NCBI GenBank assembly: GCA_044375625.1
Contig: JBILMH010000001.1
Location: 8,667 to 72,666, forward strand
Length of the DNA stretch: 64,000 nt
Direction: 5' to 3'
Source: Alphaproteobacteria bacterium
GTDB lineage: Bacteria; Pseudomonadota; Alphaproteobacteria; CAISOG01
The translations under genes were made by a program, and so were the position numbers. The notes beneath the pieces are model-generated. The model did no database searches, had not been told where the DNA came from, and saw only the letters and a list, made by a program, of their open reading frames with translations. How positions within the stretch are numbered: the first letter of the stretch is position 1; every line of letters begins with the position of its first letter. Below, in pieces: positions 21,703-31,466 of this stretch.

Positions 21703-22884
21703 ATGACCAGAAAAGAGCTCGAAAAGCTTTTACAGGCTGGTGAGTCTAATAAAATTGAGTTCAAAAGCAGATTCACTAAAGACAACAAATTGCCTCAGAC
21801 AATTTGCGCATTTGCTAATAATCTAGATGGTGATGGCAAACCTGGATATATCATTATTGGCATCAATAATGATAAAACATTTAGTGGATTGCGTGATACC
21901 GATCAAATACAAACGACAATTGCTGAATATCGTTCAAACGCTAACATTAATCCGTTGCCATCTATAAGTGTACAACTCATCTCATGTGACGAGGGTGATG
22001 TGCTGGTAGTAAAAGTAGAGCCTTCATCAACCCCACCTCTACGCTATGAAGGGGTGGTATGGGTTAGAACGGGATCCAGCACTAGGAGGGCAAATCCAGA
22101 AGATGAACGTCGGCTTTCAGAGAAACGAACATCTTTGACAAAAACTTTTGACGCTGAGCCATGTAGAGATGCTTCTGTTGATGATCTAGCATTGCGCTTG
22201 TTTGATGAGTATCGCGGGCACGCAGTCAATTCTAGCGTTATAGCCGAGAATCATCGAAGTACCGATGAAAAATTAGCCTCTTTAAGTTTTTTTGATTTGA
22301 AAAATCAATGTCCGACTTATGCAGGGATATTATTATTTGGCACCAATATTCGGAATTTTTTACCAGGAGCTTATGTGCAATTTCTAAAGTTTTCAGGTAG
22401 TGATATTTCGGATCAACCAGAAGACATAGATGAAATCAATGGAGATTTAAGGACGCTTGTTGACAGAGTTTATGAGAAAATTCGTTCACATAATCGTGTT
22501 TCTCTGGTCAAAGGTGAACGTTTTGTAGAGAAGAATGTTCCAGAATATCCCGAATCTTCTCTGCGAGAATTTTTGAATAATGCTATTATACATCGTGATT
22601 ATCAATCAAATACTCCAATTCGGTTTTATTGGTATGAAGATCGCATAGAAATTTCAAGTCCTGGTGGTCTTTATCCTCCTGTAACTTATGATAAAATTGA
22701 AAAAAGGACTGGCTATAGAAATCCAATTGTTGCAAATGCGATGAAAGAGCTGGGGTATGTCGAAAAATTTGGCCGTGGCATTCAGACTGCTCAAAAAGCA
22801 CTGCAGGATAATGGTAACCCAGCAGCAGAGATTGCAAGAGAAGAAGGGTTTTTTCAGGTGACAATTTATAGGCGGGAATCATGA
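21703..22884 (+). CDS. AlbA_2 (Schlafen-like divergent AAA) + HATPase_c_4 domain protein (often annotated as putative transcriptional regulator / RecG-C-like)
   Basis: N-terminus …ESNKIEFKSRF…ICAFANNLDGDGKPGYIIIGINND… (AlbA_2). C-terminus …REFLNNAIIHRDYQSN…IEISSPGGLYPP…YRNPIVANAMKELGYVEKFGRGI (HATPase_c_4). GC is ~40%. Confidence 0.7.
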   Translation: MTRKELEKLLQAGESNKIEFKSRFTKDNKLPQTICAFANNLDGDGKPGYIIIGINNDKTFSGLRDTDQIQTTIAEYRSNANINPLPSISVQLISCDEGDVLVVKVEPSSTPPLRYEGVVWVRTGSSTRRANPEDERRLSEKRTSLTKTFDAEPCRDASVDDLALRLFDEYRGHAVNSSVIAENHRSTDEKLASLSFFDLKNQCPTYAGILLFGTNIRNFLPGAYVQFLKFSGSDISDQPEDIDEINGDLRTLVDRVYEKIRSHNRVSLVKGERFVEKNVPEYPESSLREFLNNAIIHRDYQSNTPIRFYWYEDRIEISSPGGLYPPVTYDKIEKRTGYRNPIVANAMKELGYVEKFGRGIQTAQKALQDNGNPAAEIAREEGFFQVTIYRRES

Positions 22885-23918
22885 AGATTGTTGCATTTTT
22901 TAACAACAAAGGTGGGGTAGGTAAAACAACCCTTGTTTACCATTTAGCCTGGATGTTTTCGCGTAAAAAAATTAAGACACTGGCGGTTGATTTGGATCCG
23001 CAAGCTAATCTGACGGCTATGTTTCTGAAGGAGGAACAATTAGGAGAAATTTGGCCAGATGGTGAGCATCCTAAAACCATTTATGGTGCTATCCGTCCGC
23101 TTACCAAGGGAACTGGTGATGTTCTTGATAATCCGCATGTGGAAGAAATACCAGATGTTATTCTCGATATTCTACATGTGGAAGAAATAGCGGAGTCTTC
23201 TTTAGGTTTAATTCCTGGAGATCTAGGGTTATCGCTTTTTGAAGATAAATTGTCAGAATCTTGGCCTAAATGTCATAATGGAGATGAGTCAGCTTTTCGC
23301 ACCATGACGGCTTTTTACCGTATTATTGAAAAAGCTGCTAAAGGATATGATTTGGTGCTGGTTGATATAGGTCCGAATTTGGGAGCAATCAACCGATCCG
23401 CTCTTATTTCCTGCGACCACGTTGTGTTGCCCTTGGCGGCGGATTTGTATTCGTTGCAAGGACTAAAAAACTTAGGGCCAACGTTGCGAAGTTGGCGCAA
23501 GACCTGGGGGGAGTTAAAGTCTAAAGCTCCAGGTGATTTGTCATATCCTAGTGGCGATATGAAACCAGCTGGATATGTGGTGATGCAACATGGCGCCAGA
23601 AAGGATCGTCCAGTTAAGGCTTACGATCGTTGGATGGCCAAAATTCCTGAAGTCTATCGGAAGTTTATTTTGGCCGAAGAAAACCCTAACGAGACCATAA
23701 CCGTTAACGACGATCCGTATAAATTGGCTACACTTAAGCACTATCACAGCTTAATGCCATTGGCACAGCAGTCACATAAGCCAATGTTTGATTTGAAACC
23801 TGCTGATGGAGCCATTGGTTCTCATGTTGAGTCAGTACAGGGTTGTTATCGCGATTTTGAAGCTTTGGCGAAAAGATTGGCACAAGAGATCGAATTGGTA
23901 TGGCCAGATGGTGCCTAG
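22881..23918 (+). CDS. ParA/Soj-like deviant Walker-A ATPase (AAA_31/CbiA family) with ~120-aa C-terminal extension
   Basis: N-terminal MKIVAFFNNKGGVGKTTL… and DLDPQANLT. The start overlaps the upstream stop (ATGA), and the gene is in the same low-GC island. Confidence 0.7.
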   Translation: MKIVAFFNNKGGVGKTTLVYHLAWMFSRKKIKTLAVDLDPQANLTAMFLKEEQLGEIWPDGEHPKTIYGAIRPLTKGTGDVLDNPHVEEIPDVILDILHVEEIAESSLGLIPGDLGLSLFEDKLSESWPKCHNGDESAFRTMTAFYRIIEKAAKGYDLVLVDIGPNLGAINRSALISCDHVVLPLAADLYSLQGLKNLGPTLRSWRKTWGELKSKAPGDLSYPSGDMKPAGYVVMQHGARKDRPVKAYDRWMAKIPEVYRKFILAEENPNETITVNDDPYKLATLKHYHSLMPLAQQSHKPMFDLKPADGAIGSHVESVQGCYRDFEALAKRLAQEIELVWPDGA

Positions 23919-23936
23919 TATTGAGTTATAACCCCC

Positions 23937-24539
23937 ATGCCCATTTCTGACCAAAGCTTGCTGTTGCATGCCTATCGTCGTGGGTTTTTCCCAATGGCTA
24001 AGGGGCGGGAGGAGTCAGAGATTTATTGGGTTGCCCCCGATCGGCGCGGCATCATTCCGTTGGATAGCTTCCACATTCCGCACAGCCTGCGCAAATTTCT
24101 GAAGCACAGCGGCTTTCACTACAGCATCAATCAGGCGTTTGAGACGGTGTTGTTATCCTGCGCTGCGCCGCGCGCAAAACAGCCCGACAGTTGGATTAAC
24201 CCGGCGATTGCCGCCCTGTATCGGGATCTTTGGCAGCGCGGCTTTGCCCATAGTGTAGAGGTTTGGCAGGGGGCGGTGGGGGAACAGCTGGTCGGTGGGT
24301 TATACGGCGTGGCGATGGGGGCGGCGTTTTTTGGCGAAAGCATGTTTAGCCGTCAAACCAATGCCAGCAAGGCGGCGTTGGTAGAGCTGGTACGGCACCT
24401 AAACGAACGCGGATTTCGCCTGTTGGATGCCCAATTCTATACCCCCCATTTAGGGCAGTTCGGCGCGCAGGAAATTGACCAGGCCGACTATCTGGTTCTG
24501 TTGGACGACGCCTTAGCCCGTGACGCACGTTTTGTTTAG
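23937..24539 (+). CDS. aat: leucyl/phenylalanyl-tRNA--protein transferase
   Basis: …RGFFPMAKG…WVAPDRRGIIPLD…LVGGLYGVAMGAAFFGESMFSRQTNASKAALV… (Aat signatures). Confidence 0.85.
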   Translation: MPISDQSLLLHAYRRGFFPMAKGREESEIYWVAPDRRGIIPLDSFHIPHSLRKFLKHSGFHYSINQAFETVLLSCAAPRAKQPDSWINPAIAALYRDLWQRGFAHSVEVWQGAVGEQLVGGLYGVAMGAAFFGESMFSRQTNASKAALVELVRHLNERGFRLLDAQFYTPHLGQFGAQEIDQADYLVLLDDALARDARFV

Positions 24540-24783
24540 GGGAAATGCTCTGAATCGCCCCACAGCATGGGTGACAAGTTGGCGGTTTGGCGTATCATGA
24601 GGGCGATTGAACCGCTATAGTCATTCCACTTTAAAAATCTACAGTGCTGCAAATGTCACGATCTCTGTGATACGGTGCTCATGTACGTCCGTGTACGCTC
24701 CGCTCCGTTTCTCGACCTCGTAACATTTTCGCAGGCTGTATATTTCTAAATTGGAACAACTATAAAACCCATACGTCCCGCCG

Positions 24784-27700
24784 ATGAAGCCCGCCGCCAA
24801 CGCCCTATCCATGACCAATGCCGCCATTAAGGCCACAGGCCAGCCCCCCTTAACGCCAGGGCAGGCGGTCACCCTGTACGCCGCACCGCAGGGTTATCGC
24901 GCCCTACAGCTGGCTGGGTGGCAGCGGGCATCCCCTGGCCGCTGGCTGGTGGTGACGGCGGATGAACGGGGCGTAGCCAGCTGGGCGGCGGATTTGGCGG
25001 TGGTTGCGCCGGATCTGACGGTGCTGACCCTGCCCGCCTGGGACTGCCTGCCCTATGATCGCAGCCCCCCGCACGCGGCGGTGATGGGGCAACGGCTGGC
25101 CACCCTGCATCAGTTGCAGGCTGACCCCGCCCGCTCCACGATAGTGTTAGCCCCTGTGGCGGCGTTGTTGCAGCGGGTGTTGCCCGCCACCGAGCTGGCC
25201 AAGTTGGTCTTTCCGTTGAAAACAGGAGCGTTGCTGAACCGCGACAACCTGCTGCGCTGGATGAATGACCAGGGTTATGAGCGGATGGAAACCGTGCGGG
25301 AACCTGGACAATACGCGGTGCGCGGCGGTCTGTTGGATCTGTTTGCGCCCGCGGGGGATCAGGCCTTGCGCCTGGACTTTTTCGGGGCGGAGCTGGAACG
25401 GTTGCGGCGCTTTGACCCGCTGAGCCAACGCAGCCTGGGTGAGGTGGAGGAGGCGTTGCTGCTGCCCGCCAGCGAGATAAGCCTGAACGAGGCGACCATC
25501 CGACGATTCCGCGATAACTACCGCGCGACCTTTGGCGCGGCCGCCCTGCATGACCCGCTGTATCTGGCGATTACTGAGGGGCGACGGTTTAGTGGCGCCG
25601 AACACTGGTTGCCGCTGTTTTACGATCATCTGGCCAGCCCGCTGAGCTATTTTGGCGCGGACACCCGAGTGGTGATGGAGGAGGAGGCGTTGCCGCGTGG
25701 CCAGGCCTTTTTGCAAAGCGTGCAGGAATACGCCGCCGCCCGTCGGCAGCATGCCCGCACCGGTGACACCCCCTATCGCCCGCTGGCGGAGGAGTTGTTG
25801 TACCTGAAGGCGGCGGAGTGGCAGCAAGATTTAACCCGATACCCGCTGGGGCAATGGCTGGCGCGGGAACGCCTGCCTACGCATCTGCCAGGCCTTGCGG
25901 AGCAGCAACATTGGTCAGTGGGCGGTGAGCAGGGCTATAATTTTGTGACCATCCGCCAGGATGCCGCGCAAAACCTGCTGGCCAAGGTGGTGGACTATAT
26001 CCAGGCCGAATGGGCGGCGGGGCAGGCCGTCATCCTGACTTGCTATTCTGAGGGCAGCAGCCAACGGTTAAGCCAACTGCTGCGGGAGGCTGGCTTAACC
26101 AACCTGCGCCCCGCACCGACTTGGCCAGACCAGCCCCAGCCGCAATTGTTGGAGCTGGTGCAATGGCCGTTGGCGGCGGGGTTCCGCAGCGAAGGGCTGA
26201 CCGTTATTTCCGAGGCCGACATTTTTGGTGAGCGGTTGGGTGCCAGCCCAAGCCGTAGCCGTGGCCGTCGGGCGGAGCATTTTATCCGCGACCTGACCGC
26301 CCTGCTGCCAGGTGATTTGGTGGTGCATGCCGATCACGGTATCGGAAAATTTGAAGGCCTGACGATGATCAGCGCGGGTGGGGTGCGCCACGATTGCCTG
26401 TGCCTTATCTACGCCGACAACGCGAAGCTGTATCTGCCGGTTGAGAATTTGGAGTTGCTAAGCCGTTTCGGGGGGGAGGAGGCCGCCGCGGGCGTCGCCC
26501 TGGATCGCCTGGGCGGGGCAGCCTGGCAAGCGCGTAAGGCGCGGGTGAAGAAACGCCTGATGGAAATGGCGGGGCAGCTGATTCAAACGGCGGCCAGCCG
26601 CGCGATGGCGCAGGCGCCCGAAATTGCCCCTGACCAGACCGCCTATCAGGCCTTCTGCGCCCGCTTTCCCTATGCGGAGACCGAGGATCAGGAGCAGGCG
26701 ATTGCTGATGTGCTGGCCGATTTGGCGGCGGGTAAGGCAATGGATAGGCTGGTTTGCGGCGATGTCGGCTTTGGCAAGACTGAGGTGGCGTTGCGGGCAG
26801 CCTGCGCCGTGGCGCTGTCGGGTTGGCAGGTGGCGGTGGTGGCGCCAACCACCCTGTTGGTGCGCCAACATGCCGCCAATTTTACCAACCGTTTTGCTGG
26901 CCTGCCCGTCCGCCTGGGCGCGCTGTCCCGCCTGACCCCCGCGGCGGTGGCGACCGACACCAAAAAAGCCTTGGCCAGTGGGCAGGTCGATGTGGTAATC
27001 GGCACCCACGCCCTGCTGAGCAAGTCGATGAATTTTGCCCGCCTTGGTCTGGTCATTGTGGATGAGGAGCAGCATTTTGGCGTGGCGCAGAAGGAGCGGT
27101 TGAAGGAGTTGCAGGCGGGCGTTCACGTCCTGACCCTGACCGCGACGCCGATTCCCCGCACGTTGCAGCTGGCTTTGTCGGGGGTGCGCGACCTAAGCCT
27201 GATCACCACCCCGCCCGTTGATCGTCTGGCGGTGGAAACCCATGTGATGCCGTTTGACCCCGTGGTGCTGCGTGAAGCCCTGCTGCACGAATACCATCGC
27301 GGCGGCCAAAGCTTTTTTGTGGTGCCGCGCATTGAGGATCTGCCCAAGTTGCAGGAGGAGTTGGCCGAATTGGTGCCAGAGATCAAAATTGCCGTCGCCC
27401 ATGGCGGCCTAAGCGCGGGCGATCTGGAGGCGGTGATGGGGCAATTCCTGGATCGTCGTGCCGACCTGTTGCTGTGTACTCATATTATTGAATCGGGGCT
27501 GGATATTCCGCACGCCAACACCATCATCATCCACCGCGCCGATCGTTTCGGCCTGTCGCAACTGTACCAGCTGCGCGGGCGGGTAGGGCGGGGCAAGGTG
27601 CGCGGCTATGCCTATCTCACCCTGCCGGCGGGGCAGGTGGTGACCGAATCCGCCACCCGCAGGTTGCAGGTGATGGCGGGACTGGATCAACTGGGCGCGG

Positions 27701-28380
27701 GATTCCAACTGGCCAGCCATGATTTGGATATTCGCGGTGCGGGCAATCTGTTGGGCGATGAACAGTCGGGGCAGATCCGTGAGGTGGGGATTGAGCTGTA
27801 TCAGCAGATGTTGGCCGACGCGGTGGCAACGGTTAAGGCGGGCGGTACAGCGGGCGGCGGCGATGGGGCAGCAACCCAGCCGCAGGGTCAGGATTGGACG
27901 CCCACCATTCAAATCAGCGATACCGCCCTGTTTATCCCAGAGGACTATATTGGCGATTTGAATCTGCGCCTGCAAATCTATCGCCGCCTGGCGGATCTGG
28001 CCACCACGGCGGAGGTGGAGGCGATGGCGGTGGAGCTGATCGACCGTTTCGGCAAGTTGCCGGCGCAGGTGGACAATTTGTTGCAGCTGCTGATCATCAA
28101 ACAACACTGCAAGACGTTGAATATTGATCGGTTGGAGGCGGGGCCAAAGGCGGTTGTGCTGTCCTTCCACAACCATCAATGCCCCAACCCAACCGCGTTG
28201 GTGCAGATGATTGCCAGTGACCCGATTCGGTTTAAGCTGCGCCCTGATCAGCGCCTGGTGTACAGCCTGGGTGGATCCCTGACCCAACTAAGCGCCCTGG
28301 CCGCCTGTCAACACGTCTTGGCGCGGCTGGCGAAACTGGCGGAGCCAATCCTAAATGCGCAGGCAGTTCAACAACGATAA
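24784..28380 (+). CDS. mfd: transcription-repair coupling factor
   Basis: 1198 aa with a UvrB-interacting N-terminus, a central RecG-like helicase (GDVGFGKTEVA Walker A; DEEQHFGV) and the TRCF C-terminal domain. Confidence 0.95.
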   Translation: MKPAANALSMTNAAIKATGQPPLTPGQAVTLYAAPQGYRALQLAGWQRASPGRWLVVTADERGVASWAADLAVVAPDLTVLTLPAWDCLPYDRSPPHAAVMGQRLATLHQLQADPARSTIVLAPVAALLQRVLPATELAKLVFPLKTGALLNRDNLLRWMNDQGYERMETVREPGQYAVRGGLLDLFAPAGDQALRLDFFGAELERLRRFDPLSQRSLGEVEEALLLPASEISLNEATIRRFRDNYRATFGAAALHDPLYLAITEGRRFSGAEHWLPLFYDHLASPLSYFGADTRVVMEEEALPRGQAFLQSVQEYAAARRQHARTGDTPYRPLAEELLYLKAAEWQQDLTRYPLGQWLARERLPTHLPGLAEQQHWSVGGEQGYNFVTIRQDAAQNLLAKVVDYIQAEWAAGQAVILTCYSEGSSQRLSQLLREAGLTNLRPAPTWPDQPQPQLLELVQWPLAAGFRSEGLTVISEADIFGERLGASPSRSRGRRAEHFIRDLTALLPGDLVVHADHGIGKFEGLTMISAGGVRHDCLCLIYADNAKLYLPVENLELLSRFGGEEAAAGVALDRLGGAAWQARKARVKKRLMEMAGQLIQTAASRAMAQAPEIAPDQTAYQAFCARFPYAETEDQEQAIADVLADLAAGKAMDRLVCGDVGFGKTEVALRAACAVALSGWQVAVVAPTTLLVRQHAANFTNRFAGLPVRLGALSRLTPAAVATDTKKALASGQVDVVIGTHALLSKSMNFARLGLVIVDEEQHFGVAQKERLKELQAGVHVLTLTATPIPRTLQLALSGVRDLSLITTPPVDRLAVETHVMPFDPVVLREALLHEYHRGGQSFFVVPRIEDLPKLQEELAELVPEIKIAVAHGGLSAGDLEAVMGQFLDRRADLLLCTHIIESGLDIPHANTIIIHRADRFGLSQLYQLRGRVGRGKVRGYAYLTLPAGQVVTESATRRLQVMAGLDQLGAGFQLASHDLDIRGAGNLLGDEQSGQIREVGIELYQQMLADAVATVKAGGTAGGGDGAATQPQGQDWTPTIQISDTALFIPEDYIGDLNLRLQIYRRLADLATTAEVEAMAVELIDRFGKLPAQVDNLLQLLIIKQHCKTLNIDRLEAGPKAVVLSFHNHQCPNPTALVQMIASDPIRFKLRPDQRLVYSLGGSLTQLSALAACQHVLARLAKLAEPILNAQAVQQR

Positions 28381-28386
28381 GCTGGA

Positions 28387-28794
28387 TTAAAACTTTCGCT
28401 TTGCCCACCCAAAAACCCCATAGCGTAGTAGGGCGCGGGCGTTGTGAAGGACGCTAACGGGGCGTTTTACAATCGCATCCTGGAACAGGGCGATGGCGGG
28501 GCGATTTTCCCTTTGGTAAATATATCCAATCCCCAACATCAATCCGCAGTGGCGGCAGACCAGCTTTTTATCGGTGGCGAATTCCTGGGCAAATTCCTGG
28601 ATAAGATTGGGCGACAATTCCTGTGCCGACCTGTCCATCATCACGCGATCTAGGTACAGTCGGCGCAGCGATCCAAAGCCGTCTTTTTGATACAGGCACA
28701 GCGTTGTGGCGCAGCATCGGCAGGTTATTGTGTAGAACCGAAAAACGCCGCGGCGATTGGCCAAAAACGAATCGCGCTTTGCCACTGCCATCAT
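28387..28794 (-). CDS. hypothetical protein with two CxxC pairs (possible zinc-ribbon)
   Basis: ORF between the convergent mfd and recA ends at ~52% GC. It contains CRCC…CRHCG but no family I can name. Confidence 0.25.
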   Translation of the reverse strand: MMAVAKRDSFLANRRGVFRFYTITCRCCATTLCLYQKDGFGSLRRLYLDRVMMDRSAQELSPNLIQEFAQEFATDKKLVCRHCGLMLGIGYIYQRENRPAIALFQDAIVKRPVSVLHNARALLRYGVFGWAKRKF

Positions 28795-28842
28795 GGGCTA
28801 TCACACCTATCACACTTAGCACACCATTTTGCGCAAAGGCCG

Positions 28843-30000
28843 CTAAATGTCTTCAGCGTCGCTGATGGCCGCGCCGCCGCCCAGGCCGCCACCCTCATTG
28901 GCCTCAGCCGCCTCAGCGCTGGTAGGCTCCGCGATTAGGTTTTCGGCAACCAGGCCAGCGTTTTGTCTGATGTAGGCCTCAATACTGTCGGCCAAGGCGG
29001 GATTATCCTTCAGGAATTGTTTGGAATTCTCGCGCCCCTGACCAATCCGTTGCCCCTGCGCGCTGAACCAGGCGCCCGATTTTTGCACCACGCCAGCGGC
29101 CTCACCCAGGTCAATCAGCTCACCAATTTTGGAAATACCCGCGCCATAGATCATGTCGAATTCCACCTGACGGAAGGGGGGTGCCAGCTTATTTTTCACC
29201 ACCTTAACCCGCGATTTTTGACCCAGGATGACATCCTTATCCTGAATTTTGCCGATGTTGCGGATATCCAAACGAACCGAGGCATAGAATTTTAGGGCGT
29301 TACCGCCGGTGGTGGTTTCGGGATTGCCCCACATCACCCCAATTTTTTGGCGCACTTGGTTCAAAAAGATCACCATGGTGCGGGAACGGGAGATAGAGGC
29401 TGTCAATTTCCGCAAAGCCTGGCTCATCAACCGTGCCTGCAATCCCATATGGGAATCGCCCATATCCCCCTCCAACTCCGCCTTTGGTACCAGGGCGGCA
29501 ACCGAATCGACCACCAACACATCCACCGCGCCGCTGCGCACCAGGGTGTCACAAATCTCCAACGCCTGTTCCCCATGATCGGGCTGGCTGATAATCACAT
29601 CGTTCAGCACCACGCCCAGCTTTTGGGCATAGGCGGGATCCAGGGCGTGCTCTGCGTCAATAAAGGCGCAGGTGCCGCCCGCCTTTTGCGCCTCAGCAAT
29701 CACATGCAGCGCCAGGGTGGTTTTACCAGAGCTTTCCGGGCCAAAAATTTCAATAATCCGCCCACGGGGCAAGCCGCCAACGCCCAGCGCGATGTCCAGG
29801 CCGAGAGATCCTGTCGAAATCACCTCAACCTCCACCGCCTGATCCCGTTGACCCAAGCGCATGACCGAGCCCTTGCCAAAGGCGCGCTCAATCTGCCCCA
29901 TCGCGGCCTCTAAAGCCTTCAGGCGCTCGCCCGCCTTTTGGTCGGTGGGTTTTAATTCGGTCACATTGGTGTTGGAAGATGACGTTGCGCGAATCGACAT
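28843..30000 (-). CDS. recA: recombinase RecA
   Basis: …[22 protein letters not shown]…[38 protein letters not shown]… with N- and C-terminal low-complexity tails. Confidence 0.95.
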   Translation of the reverse strand: MSIRATSSSNTNVTELKPTDQKAGERLKALEAAMGQIERAFGKGSVMRLGQRDQAVEVEVISTGSLGLDIALGVGGLPRGRIIEIFGPESSGKTTLALHVIAEAQKAGGTCAFIDAEHALDPAYAQKLGVVLNDVIISQPDHGEQALEICDTLVRSGAVDVLVVDSVAALVPKAELEGDMGDSHMGLQARLMSQALRKLTASISRSRTMVIFLNQVRQKIGVMWGNPETTTGGNALKFYASVRLDIRNIGKIQDKDVILGQKSRVKVVKNKLAPPFRQVEFDMIYGAGISKIGELIDLGEAAGVVQKSGAWFSAQGQRIGQGRENSKQFLKDNPALADSIEAYIRQNAGLVAENLIAEPTSAEAAEANEGGGLGGGAAISDAEDI

Positions 30001-30125
30001 GGGGGCATCCTGTAAGTAAGAGTTCCGATTGTGGTTCTAGTCATAGCGCTTTCGTTGCCTGCCCGCAACATTATGTATGCGCGGATGTAGCACGGGGGTT
30101 ATCGCATCCCATCTCTCCGTCTGTT

Positions 30126-30290
30126 GTCATCCTACTCCTTGTAAGTAGGATCTCCTTAGGCTTTTACCGATTGTGCAGCGGTTAGGGTTTGAGACCCTAC
30201 CCATAAAGAGTAGGATCTATGCGATGGTATCGCCTGAAAAGCGGTGAGGATTTGAGATTCTACCCACAGGGGGTAGAATGACATTGTGAG
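30126..30290. repeat. cluster of short palindromic (hairpin) elements shared with 38846..38944 (GTCATCCTACTCCTTGTAAGTAGGATCTCC; GATTCTACCC…GGGTAGAATGACATTGTGA)
   Basis: Each element is an imperfect palindrome. Near-identical copies recur ~8.7 kb away, in the corC-hflC intergenic region. Confidence 0.8.
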
Positions 30291-30342
30291 GTGGCGACAT
30301 TGCGTCCATTCTTTACCCCGCCCCCGCCATTATTTGCCCCCG

Positions 30343-30410
30343 CCCCTGTCTTTTTTCGCCCCCTCCCCTGTCTTTTTTCGCCCCCTCCCCTGTCTTTTTT
30401 CGCCCCCTCC
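30343..30410. repeat. 22-bp tandem repeat x3 (CCCCTGTCTTTTTTCGCCCCCT), followed by a CCCCCTCCC…GGGAGGGGG palindrome
   Basis: Direct reading gives units at 30343, 30365 and 30387. A related sequence (TTTTTTGTTCCCCCTCCCCCAACC…GGGAGGGGG) occurs at 38465-38515. Confidence 0.85.
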
Positions 30411-30541
30411 CCCAACCCCCTCCCGCAAGTGGAGGGGGAACACTCCCACCCACATCGTGCCTTGTCATCTGGACTTGTCATCCAGAGGGGGCATGCTTAA
30501 ACTTAGTTTTTGTGCCGCAATAGCAGATGGGGTGGGGTTGG

Positions 30542-31429
30542 ATGATTCCTTTTGATGATCGCGATGGCCTGATATGGCTGGATGGTAAGCTGGTTCCCTG
30601 GCGGGAGGCGCGCGTGCACGTGCTGACCCATGCATTGCACTATGGCAGCGCGGTGTTTGAGGGCGAACGGGTCTATGATGGCCGCGTCTTTCGGGAACGG
30701 GATCACGCCATCCGCCTGCAAAAATCGGCCGAAATTTTGGATTTCGAGATCCCCTTTAGCCTCGAACAAATGGCGCAAGGCGTGCAGGAATTGATTGCGC
30801 AGAACAACATCCCCAATGGCTATTTGCGGCGTTTAGCCTGGCGCGGCAGTGAGATGATCGGGGTGTCGGCGCAACACACCCGAATCCACCTGGCGATGGC
30901 GGTGTGGGAATGGCCCAGCTATTTCCCGCCGGAGTTGTTGCAGCAGGGTATCCGCCTGGCCACCTCAGACTGGGTATGCCCGCCCCCCAACGCGATGCCA
31001 ACGGCCAGCAAGGCGGTGGGCAATTACATGATCCGCACCCTGTCGAAACATAAGGCTGAGCGGGCGGGCTTTACCGATGCGCTGCTGTTGGACTGGCGTG
31101 GCAATCTGGCTGAGGCGACGGGCGCCAACCTGTTCCTGCTGATCGATGGCGCGCTGCACACCCCAACGCCCGACTGCTTTTTGAACGGTATCACCCGCCA
31201 AACCGTTATTGCCTTAGCGCGGCGGCGGGGGATTGAGGTAATCGAACGGCATATTGCGCCGTCGGAATTGGCCGCGGTGGGTGAAGTGTTCCTGACCGGA
31301 ACCGCCGCGGAGGTCACGCCGGTTGGTCGTATTGATGATCGCAGCTTTGCGGTGGGCACCCTAACCCGCCAGCTGATGGCCGATTATCAGGACTTGGTGC
31401 GCGCCTCAGCCGATGATGTTGTTATCTAG
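30542..31429 (+). CDS. ilvE: branched-chain amino acid aminotransferase (class IV PLP fold)
   Basis: …WLDGKLVPWREARVHVLTHALHYGSAVFEGERVY… and …ELLQQGIRLATSDW…. The start is taken at MIPFDD. Confidence 0.8.
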   Translation: MIPFDDRDGLIWLDGKLVPWREARVHVLTHALHYGSAVFEGERVYDGRVFRERDHAIRLQKSAEILDFEIPFSLEQMAQGVQELIAQNNIPNGYLRRLAWRGSEMIGVSAQHTRIHLAMAVWEWPSYFPPELLQQGIRLATSDWVCPPPNAMPTASKAVGNYMIRTLSKHKAERAGFTDALLLDWRGNLAEATGANLFLLIDGALHTPTPDCFLNGITRQTVIALARRRGIEVIERHIAPSELAAVGEVFLTGTAAEVTPVGRIDDRSFAVGTLTRQLMADYQDLVRASADDVVI

Positions 31430-31466
31430 GTTGCCAGATGCCGTCGAACCCGCTAGTGATAGTCTC

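Noticed and set aside
25147-28287. Large minus-strand ORFs inside mfd (25147..25827, 26458..27126, 27409..28287) and inside clpA (7982..8776)
   Set aside because: These are high-GC antisense frames overlapping well-supported long genes, with Arg/Gln/Pro-rich nonsense translations.
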